Virus record (IMG/VR): IMGVR_UViG_2595698945_000001
Length of the DNA stretch: 14,937 bases
From: a virus
Taxonomy: Duplodnaviria > Heunggongvirae > Uroviricota > Caudoviricetes
Strand: one strand, 5' to 3'
Part shown: positions 6,190 through 12,821 of the stretch, one piece after another
How positions within the stretch are numbered: the first letter of the stretch is position 1
Layout of the letters: each line of letters opens with the position of its first letter
Program-made: the position numbers and the translations under genes
Notes under the pieces: model-generated
Database searches by the model: none
What the model saw: only the letters and a program-made list of their open reading frames with translations
What the model was told of the DNA's origin: nothing

Positions 6190-6672
6190 ATGAATTTTAT
6201 CGCTACTGTTAACACCCCTGCGCATGGCCATATTTCTGTGACGTTCTCTGATAACAAGAAAAGCGTGCTGGGCGCCTGGCGTGACAACGTAACCATCGAG
6301 CTGTCCGGGAAAGAGAAACAGCAGATCTCCAATGACATTATCTGCAACCGTCGCCACAAGCGCGTGTTTGAGAAAGCGTATGTCTCCACTTCGGGATTTG
6401 GCGTATTCATCTTCCCGGTACGCAGCGGTCGCTTCTGCCAGTCAAAACTCATCGAGTTCGCCACGCAGATCGCGCTATGGGTTAAAACAGAATCCGGGTT
6501 CAACTTTACCGAACAGGAAGCAGTAGGGGAGGGGATGCGCATCGCCAACAATGCCATCAAGTGCAAAAACGTCACCTACGAAGCAGGAATCGACTCGTGG
6601 AGCGTCTCGTGCGGGGAATATGTGAAAGAGGTGTACGGGAAGAACCGCATTCACATCCTGACTGGTAAGTGA
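6190..6672 (+). CDS. Hypothetical protein (160 aa)
   Basis: AAGGA RBS after the operator at 6163-6175; terminator at 6678-6705. Confidence 0.85.
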   Translation: MNFIATVNTPAHGHISVTFSDNKKSVLGAWRDNVTIELSGKEKQQISNDIICNRRHKRVFEKAYVSTSGFGVFIFPVRSGRFCQSKLIEFATQIALWVKTESGFNFTEQEAVGEGMRIANNAIKCKNVTYEAGIDSWSVSCGEYVKEVYGKNRIHILTGK

Positions 6673-6677
6673 GAGGG

Positions 6678-6705
6678 GAGGGGCTGGAAACGCCCCTTTC
6701 TTTTT
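6678..6705 (+). terminator. Intrinsic terminator
   Basis: GAGGGGC-7 nt-GCCCCTT followed by TCTTTTT. Confidence 0.75.
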
Positions 6706-7230
6706 CGTCCACCAACTGCCGCAGGGAATTTCAGAAACGGTCAGAGAGCTGTCCGGGGAACCGAAGGGAAACGGCCAGGAAATTTTAGGGAAACGGCTGG
6801 GTTTGCCTTTATGTAGAAAACCGAGCGGGAGAAGCCCAGAATCGCGCCAGAAATTGCGTAGCGGCGCTGGGGTAGCGCTGGTGGAGTTTCAGCACCTAAG
6901 CCATCCAGATAGCTTTCGCTATGTGATTATGTGAATCCGTGGGTAAACCACTGCAAGCGCGTACACGTCGCGCCAACGTGCCAATGATACGCGAGCGCCC
7001 ACGGATAGCGCCAACATTGCCGACACGTCCCGAAAGATGGCGCGGATCACGTCGCCAGACGATCACGCCCACGACACGACAAAATAAGCCACGCGCTAAA
7101 ACGCTGTAAAACGCGCTATAACGTGTTTTTTATTGTGGGTAATGGATATGTACCACCACACATAAAAACGCGTTAAATTGGCGCGTTTATGGCGCTTATT
7201 TTTGGTCTGTTTTGGCTGACTTCAGACAAT

Positions 7231-7256
7231 AAAAAACGCGCCAACAATGGCGCGTT
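7231..7256 (-). terminator. Intrinsic terminator (minus strand)
   Basis: AACGCGCCA-4 nt-TGGCGCGTT with an A6 tract on its left (U tail on the minus strand). Confidence 0.7.
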
Positions 7257-7278
7257 ATGGTGTGCGGATCTTGAAACG

Positions 7279-7304
7279 AAAAAAGCGCCCATAGTGGGCG
7301 CTAT
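7279..7304 (-). terminator. Intrinsic terminator after the 67-aa gene
   Basis: AGCGCCCA-TAG-TGGGCGCT (7284-7302) with an A tract at 7279-7284. Confidence 0.75.
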
Positions 7305-7307
7305 TGC

Positions 7308-7511
7308 TTAAATGCTGTTTTGTAGTTTTCCGATCATTTCAGACAAGCGCAAATATTCACGTTTGCGTTTACAGTCTCTTTTGCTGTTAAGCAAATCAGA
7401 AAACGTAAAATTTAATTTGTCACGTTGCGCTTTTAAGTCGTCGATTAATTCAAGTTTATAAGCGCGATATTTTGCGCGATATTCCGCGCGGATCTGGTCA
7501 TAACTAATCAT
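7308..7511 (-). CDS. Small basic helical hypothetical protein (67 aa)
   Basis: AAGGA RBS before ATG; K/R-rich; AT-rich codons like the upstream 216-aa gene; bracketed by identical hairpins. Confidence 0.7.
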   Translation of the reverse strand: MISYDQIRAEYRAKYRAYKLELIDDLKAQRDKLNFTFSDLLNSKRDCKRKREYLRLSEMIGKLQNSI

Positions 7512-7524
7512 GATTTTTATCCTT

Positions 7525-7551
7525 AAAAATAGCGCCCATAGTGGGCGCTAT
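7525..7551 (-). terminator. Intrinsic terminator after the 216-aa gene (identical hairpin to 7284-7304)
   Basis: ATAGCGCCCA-TAG-TGGGCGCTAT (7529-7551) with an A tract on its left. Confidence 0.7.
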
Positions 7552-7561
7552 ATCCGTCTAA

Positions 7562-8212
7562 TTACGCTTTGAAAGCATCAGCCAGATAGTTATAAAAATC
7601 ATTCTTGATAAAGCGATATTGCTGAGATCCGTTTTTCGCTGCGCCCATTCCTTTGATCTTCTCCACCAGTCCGAGACGTTCACAAAGATTGATTAACTGG
7701 TTGGCTTGAGTATATCCAGCGTCCAATTTAATCTCGTTGGCTTTTTTCGCTTCATTCATCAAATCGAAAACAGCGCCATTTGTGAATGTTTCTAATTCAT
7801 CATTAATCATTTCGATTAAAGCGAATACGCGAGATCCGGACATATCAGCGACGGAATAAACGCATTTACCAGACTTGATAGACTTAACCAGATAAACCAG
7901 CTTTTCGAGTGAATAGCTATTGGTCATTGCTTCGCGGAAAAACACTTCTGGCGCTTGTTTGCTTGCTTTAATCGCGTAGTAAAAGACACCAGCTAATTTC
8001 TCATCATTAACAGCGTTTAAAACGTTGTTGGTGAAGTATGCAAGTTTGGTAGTCGCTGCAAGCATGTTAGCTTTATCTGCTTTTGTGTGCGTACCATTCT
8101 GATAATGATTGTTATAAGTCTGAGTAGCATTATTGGCTGCAACTTGCAATTCATTAGCGATAACTACAGCAGCGTCGATGATGGATTTTTTAGAGATAGC
8201 AACGTTAGACAT
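7562..8212 (-). CDS. Hypothetical protein with probable C-terminal winged helix (216 aa)
   Basis: AAGGA RBS and a predicted promoter at 8291-8318. C-terminal helix-helix-(LCERLGLVEK)-beta hairpin (QQYRF) pattern is typical of wHTH domains. Confidence 0.8.
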   Translation of the reverse strand: MSNVAISKKSIIDAAVVIANELQVAANNATQTYNNHYQNGTHTKADKANMLAATTKLAYFTNNVLNAVNDEKLAGVFYYAIKASKQAPEVFFREAMTNSYSLEKLVYLVKSIKSGKCVYSVADMSGSRVFALIEMINDELETFTNGAVFDLMNEAKKANEIKLDAGYTQANQLINLCERLGLVEKIKGMGAAKNGSQQYRFIKNDFYNYLADAFKA

Positions 8213-8290
8213 GATATTAATCCTTATGTAATATTGATAACTTAATTTGTTATTTATTTATCGTTAGCGTGTTCGCTTTCGATGTGACTA

Positions 8291-8318
8291 ATTATCGATA
8301 TACGGAAATTAAAATCAA
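8291..8318 (-). promoter_or_regulatory. Predicted sigma70 promoter TTGATT-16-GATAAT for the 216-aa gene
   Basis: Minus-strand -35 at 8318-8313 and -10 at 8296-8291, with A/T tracts upstream (UP-element-like). Confidence 0.55.
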
Positions 8319-8430
8319 GAGTTTTTTACGCGGGAGCGAAAAAAATTTTATTCAATAAAAATCAAACTCTTAGAAATAAAACGCTTTTTCTCGAAGGTGT
8401 TGCCTAAATAAATTCCCTATTCGGTCAATC

Positions 8431-8543
8431 ACCCTTATATATTTAAAACGGAATCGTGATTAGGGGAGATAAATATAACGGGAAGTGACACATAAAATAA
8501 TAACCGGACTTAGCCGGTTATTACCCTTATAGATTTAAAACGG
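8431..8543. repeat. 21-bp direct repeat ACCCTTATA(T/G)ATTTAAAACGG
   Basis: 8431-8451 vs 8523-8543, 20/21 identical; the second copy contains the last codons and stop of the 8535..9062 gene. Confidence 0.8.
8499..8522. terminator. Probable terminator after the Sm-like gene
   Basis: AATAACCGG-6 nt-CCGGTTATT, 12 nt after stop 8535. Confidence 0.65.
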
Positions 8544-9062
8544 TAAAATCCGTTCGACCCAATCGAACATGACGACTGTCTTCCGACCGTCCCCCATGTT
8601 GAGAGTGACCTGGCAAGCGTCAACGCCTGAAGACACACCCTCAATTTCACGGCCATCCGCCATGTAGACCCTTATAGACTTCTGCATCTCATGAGCCTGG
8701 CGACAAATTTTGAAGAAATCACGGCGAGATGGCCGATTGTCCACATAGTCTGGGTGTACCGTTGTCCGACCCGTGAAATCGTGCGCAATGCCTTCTGTCA
8801 CACCTGATTCAATCGTGCTGATTCGCTCAAGTGGGAGCCTTATACGATTTTCTTTGTCGAACGGGGCAGGGCAAAGGTCGACTTTGTTGCGAGACGACAT
8901 GAGACCCTGAACGTACATGCAGAACACCTGACCATCTTCCATCGTGACCCTTACAGGGATGAGATACTTACGCCAGAACATCAGCGCCTTCTCCACGTTG
9001 GTGTAATCGCGCGGCCAGACTTCTGCAGGAATCCCGTAGGTGATGTCAGTAATATTCGTCAT
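8535..9062 (-). CDS. Protein with two tandem Sm/Hfq-like (SH3-type barrel) domains (175 aa)
   Basis: ATG 9062 lies 4 nt after the lipoprotein stop (the track start at 9098 overlaps that gene). Domain 2, SIRVYMADGREIEGVSSGVDACQVTL...VVMFDWVERILP, fits the Sm1 pattern; domain 1, IPVRVTMEDGQVF...LPLERISTIES, is a more divergent copy. Confidence 0.65.
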   Translation of the reverse strand: MTNITDITYGIPAEVWPRDYTNVEKALMFWRKYLIPVRVTMEDGQVFCMYVQGLMSSRNKVDLCPAPFDKENRIRLPLERISTIESGVTEGIAHDFTGRTTVHPDYVDNRPSRRDFFKICRQAHEMQKSIRVYMADGREIEGVSSGVDACQVTLNMGDGRKTVVMFDWVERILPF

Positions 9063-9066
9063 ATCG

Positions 9067-9489
9067 TCACAGTGTCGTTGGTAGGATGTCGATGTCACCT
9101 GCGTTGCTGGTGAACACCCGGAAGACTTTCGTCTCGCCAGCTTTGGTGATCGTCTCGCGTTCCTGACGAGCAGGGTTCAGTGCGCACAGCCCGGCGCCTT
9201 CCAGTGAAGCGCCAACAATCCATTCTCCGGCATCCAGATGAAAAGTGACTTTTTCACCTGTCTCCAGTTTGGCAACGGTTTCGCCATTGATGAAGATCGA
9301 TGCGTCGCAACCTGCGCCCACCATGCTTTTGTCCCTCAGAACCACCAGCGCAGATGCCGCTGGAGATTGGTATTTGAATATTCTGGCCTGCGGTGCTGGC
9401 TTTGCATCAGAGACAGAAACAGGACGAGATTGACATGCAGTGATAAGTAACGCGGAGGTAGCAATCAGAGGAAGTAATGCGTGTTTCAT
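9067..9489 (-). CDS. Putative lipoprotein, DUF2846-like (140 aa)
   Basis: MKH + hydrophobic core + lipobox LITA-C. The mature region V.RD..MVG.GC...IFING..VA.L..GE....LDAGEW resembles DUF2846-type lipoproteins. Alternative TTG start at 9501. Confidence 0.75.
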   Translation of the reverse strand: MKHALLPLIATSALLITACQSRPVSVSDAKPAPQARIFKYQSPAASALVVLRDKSMVGAGCDASIFINGETVAKLETGEKVTFHLDAGEWIVGASLEGAGLCALNPARQERETITKAGETKVFRVFTSNAGDIDILPTTL

Positions 9490-9517
9490 TGTACCGAACA
9501 AAATCCTTATCTTTACG

Positions 9518-9544
9518 AAAAATCATGGCGCCTCAAGGCGCCAT
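9518..9544 (-). terminator. Intrinsic terminator after the helicase-RHH genes
   Basis: ATGGCGCC-4 nt-GGCGCCAT (9525-9544) followed on the minus strand by GATTTTT. Confidence 0.7.
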
Positions 9545-9549
9545 AATAC

Positions 9550-9828
9550 TCAATCGAGGCGTTTTAGAATATCGGCCAGATCTTCTTTGGTCATACCCGA
9601 GTTTTCGTAAATCTTCATGACCTTTTCGCGAGCTTTGGCTGAAGCCTCTAATGATGTAGCTGCCTTATCAAAATCAGCCATCGTCATGTTGGACAGCACC
9701 AGATTAATGATGTCTGCCTTTGACAGTTTTATGTTGCGTTCACGCAGTCGATTCTGAAAGGTTTCCAGCTTGTCGTTTGCTTTTTCGGTTAACTGAACCT
9801 GGCAGTGTATAGCGCGTTTCTCGCTCAT
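9550..9828 (-). CDS. Ribbon-helix-helix DNA-binding protein (92 aa)
   Basis: Starts 2 nt after the helicase stop. The alternating strand IHCQVQL, helix TEKANDKLETFQ and helix SKADIINLVL follow the RHH pattern. Confidence 0.7.
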   Translation of the reverse strand: MSEKRAIHCQVQLTEKANDKLETFQNRLRERNIKLSKADIINLVLSNMTMADFDKAATSLEASAKAREKVMKIYENSGMTKEDLADILKRLD

Positions 9829-9830
9829 GC

Positions 9831-11390
9831 TTACTCTCTATTCAAAACAGTGAAATCGAATGTGCTACCCACCGGCAATACTCCCTCGGCAAATCCAGGC
9901 GTCGTGTCGATAATGTGCTTCCGCTCATATGAATGCGACATGAGGTATTTGTTGCTCACGTCAATGAAGTCGGTAATAAAGCACACGTTAGCCTGATTCT
10001 TTTTGGCTCGAAGACCGCGACCAACACGTTGGCGCATCTCAACTTCAGCTTTGCCGCCACCACCCAGAATCACCGCACCTACGCTTGGAACGTCGACGCC
10101 AACATCCAGAATGGTTGAACCAATCAGAACATCTATCTTGCCTGCCGCCAGACTGTTGAGCTTTGCTTGTCGGGTAGTCTGGTTTGATTCTCCGTAGATG
10201 AAATCGACCTTCAGGCCGCTCTCTTTCATCATTTCCATCAAGATCTGACCATGACGCTTCAGGCGAACCAACGTCATACAGTTCAGACCGTGGCTCTTGT
10301 ACATTAACGCTTCACGCACAATAGCTTCGTTGCGTCCCAGATTATAAACGATGCCTAACTGATAGGCTTTCTGGTAAGCCGTACTCATTCCAACCCGAAA
10401 ATTCAGGTGTTTTGAAGCAAGTTCGGCTCTAATCCGCACCTCGTCTGGAGTGTACGCGATTTTATGATATAGAAAGTAGGGTTTGGCTAAAATACCTCGA
10501 TCGATCAAATATTTCTCCGTGACCTTTATCTCAATGCGACCAGCAACGGCCATGAGACGCATATTTGCTTCAGTCGAGCCCTTCATGAACGGCGTTGCTG
10601 TCAGCGCCAGACGGTAGTCAGCATTGATGCACAACCGGGCGATGTCGTAGAAGTTAGAACCAGATGATTCGTGTGCCTCTTCCAGAATCAGCAGAGAAAC
10701 GCTGGACAGGAAGCGTTTAACCAGTTCCCGGCGCTTCAGGTGGTACTGTTTTTTCTCCGGTGATGCGTCGCGCGGTGGCTCTTCGAGAAAACTGGCCAGG
10801 GTCTGCACCGTGGCAACGTTGATATGGCGCGAGACCTGGAACTCACCAGATCCAATCACCCCAACTTTCTGACCTTTCAGCCACGGCTCGCCATTCTCCG
10901 CGCGGTAGTCGATGGATTTCTGGAAGTTCTCTGCCATCTGGAACATCAGAACCGATCGCGTGGTTAAAAACAGCGTCATACGACCAATGCGAGCAGCTGC
11001 CTTACACGCTACGTTCGATTTACCACCACCCGTCGCAATCTGGGCAATCATCATCCCTTCGCGCACCAGTGTTTCCACAGTCTGATCCTGATACGCATAG
11101 TCCGGGTTATACGGGAATGGGTTAACTACCGGGTTCGGCTTGCCCAGCGCGGGGGCTTTTTCCTTGCGCACATGCACGCATTTGATGCCAGCTTTCAGAA
11201 GGTTGGCTGAAACTGGCTTCGCAAACCCAGCCGGGAACGCGTTTTTGCTCCAGTTGAACATCGTGCTGGTTCCTTTCCAGTCCCCAGCCTCCACCTCATA
11301 GCTCAACATCTCCTGAACGAGCCGCTTCACGTTGTCATCAGCGCCAGAAATCAGCGCATTGACTGCATTCGATACAATCCGAACTGTCAT
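9831..11390 (-). CDS. Superfamily 2 DNA helicase (DEAH-like; UvsW/XPB/ResIII type, 519 aa)
   Basis: Q-motif YAYQ, motif I IATGGGKS, motif II LEEAH, motif III TAT, motif V DVGVDVP, motif VI QRVGRGLR. Confidence 0.95.
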   Translation of the reverse strand: MTVRIVSNAVNALISGADDNVKRLVQEMLSYEVEAGDWKGTSTMFNWSKNAFPAGFAKPVSANLLKAGIKCVHVRKEKAPALGKPNPVVNPFPYNPDYAYQDQTVETLVREGMMIAQIATGGGKSNVACKAAARIGRMTLFLTTRSVLMFQMAENFQKSIDYRAENGEPWLKGQKVGVIGSGEFQVSRHINVATVQTLASFLEEPPRDASPEKKQYHLKRRELVKRFLSSVSLLILEEAHESSGSNFYDIARLCINADYRLALTATPFMKGSTEANMRLMAVAGRIEIKVTEKYLIDRGILAKPYFLYHKIAYTPDEVRIRAELASKHLNFRVGMSTAYQKAYQLGIVYNLGRNEAIVREALMYKSHGLNCMTLVRLKRHGQILMEMMKESGLKVDFIYGESNQTTRQAKLNSLAAGKIDVLIGSTILDVGVDVPSVGAVILGGGGKAEVEMRQRVGRGLRAKKNQANVCFITDFIDVSNKYLMSHSYERKHIIDTTPGFAEGVLPVGSTFDFTVLNRE

Positions 11391-11472
11391 AAACCTCTTT
11401 CCTTCGTGCCTTTTGTATGGTAATTGGCTATTATAGTAAGTAAGTGCTTATGCAATGGATTGTATCAGAATT

Positions 11473-12153
11473 ATGGGTGTGAAAATTACGATTCTGCAGG
11501 TGGAAGTCGCGAACCTGCGTCCAAATCCCTGGAATACCAACTCCGTTGGGGCGCAAAACTTCGAAAAACTCAAAGGCTCTATCGAAAAATTGGGCTTTTT
11601 TAAGCCAATTCTGGCGCGGGAGCTGGACGGGGGCATTTTTGAGATCCTCGGTGGCGAACACCGCTGGCGTGCCGCGATGGAGCAGGGCATTTCAACGGTT
11701 CCCGTCATCTCCGTGGGCAAAATTAACGACCTGGTGGCCAAACAGATGTCTCTCGTCGATAACGAACGCTACGGCGAAGACGATCAGGTCGCTTTGCAGC
11801 GCTTAATCGAAGAAATCCAGTCTGAAATCGACTACCGGTTGTCCGATATCGCCCCGTATGACGACGAAATGGCGGCAACACTCGCCAAAGCGTCCGTTAT
11901 CGATCTTGAAGCGCTGGAAGCGCTCTCCCGTGGCGATGACGAGCCGGTCGATGAGGACAAACGCGAGAAAACCGAGCGAGTCGGCGCTGAACACCAGACG
12001 ATGCGCTTCAAGGTGACGTTTGATGCGTCAGATCGCGTCGCCGACACCATCAAAACCATCATCAAAGAGCAGGGAATCAATACCGGTAACGAAATGGAGA
12101 ACGCCGGGGAAGCCCTGGTGTGGCTGGTCGACTACTACAAGGAGCGTATGTAA
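11473..12153 (+). CDS. ParB/Sulfiredoxin N-terminal domain protein 1 (about 226 aa; start could be 11455)
   Basis: LRPNPWNTN...LKGSIEKLGFFKPIL...ILGGEHRWRAA is a ParB N-domain with a GxxRxxA motif, followed by an acidic linker and a possible RHH-like C-terminus. Confidence 0.9.
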   Translation: MGVKITILQVEVANLRPNPWNTNSVGAQNFEKLKGSIEKLGFFKPILARELDGGIFEILGGEHRWRAAMEQGISTVPVISVGKINDLVAKQMSLVDNERYGEDDQVALQRLIEEIQSEIDYRLSDIAPYDDEMAATLAKASVIDLEALEALSRGDDEPVDEDKREKTERVGAEHQTMRFKVTFDASDRVADTIKTIIKEQGINTGNEMENAGEALVWLVDYYKERM

Positions 12154-12821
12154 TGACCAAAAACTTTGAAATCGTCTATCGAAACCCGGCAGAACTCATC
12201 CCGTATGAGATGAACGCCAAAAAACATGACGAACAGCAGATCCGCGACCTGGCGGCCGCCATTAAAAAGCGCGGTTTTGACCAGCCGATCACGGTCGACA
12301 AGCATGACGTCATCATTACTGGCCACGGTCGTCGCGAGGCGGCTCTTCTGGCTGGTCTGGAGCGTGTGCCGGTCATCGTTCGCGACGATCTGAGCGAAGA
12401 AGAAGTGAAGGCGAAGCGTCTGGAAGACAACCGCCTGGCCAGTATTGACTACGACGCCATCAAATTGCAGCAGGAACTGGAATGCCTGGTGCTGGGCGAC
12501 GTCGAGGTCTTCGGTTTTGAAGAGCGCGAGCTGAACGTGCTTGTCGGCAGCATGACCGAAGAGATGGAAACCGGCTCTCTGGTGCTCGATCTGGGCGAAG
12601 AGACGGAACGCCAGAAAGAAGAGCACACCGAGATCAGTCGCGAAGTAGCCTCTGAAGAAGTCCGCGTCATCGACGTATTGGGCTTTAAAACGCTCCCTGC
12701 TGGCTCTGCAATTGTGGTTGGGGATTTGCTTGCCCACATGGAAGAAATCACGGGAGAGAGCGGGGTAGACGCTTTCGTGGCGTATGCGGAGAAAGTTTCT
12801 TCTGGGGAGCTGGCTGCATGA
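12153..12821 (+). CDS. ParB/Sulfiredoxin N-terminal domain protein 2 (222 aa)
   Basis: TAATG overlap and AAGGAG at 12139-12144. LIPYEMNAKKH...IKKRGFDQPITVD...IITGHGRREAA is the GHGR-type phage ParB domain; acidic C-terminal half. Confidence 0.9.
   Translation: MTKNFEIVYRNPAELIPYEMNAKKHDEQQIRDLAAAIKKRGFDQPITVDKHDVIITGHGRREAALLAGLERVPVIVRDDLSEEEVKAKRLEDNRLASIDYDAIKLQQELECLVLGDVEVFGFEERELNVLVGSMTEEMETGSLVLDLGEETERQKEEHTEISREVASEEVRVIDVLGFKTLPAGSAIVVGDLLAHMEEITGESGVDAFVAYAEKVSSGELAA

Noticed and set aside
3025-6682. KOPS motifs GGGNAGGG at 3025, 6526 and 6675, all on the + strand
   Set aside because: Only three, and they lie in G-rich patches or a terminator; composition can explain them and no dif-like site was seen.
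11473-12821. parAB partition locus
   Set aside because: No ParA with a deviant Walker A, no HTH in either ParB-like protein, and no parS array seen.
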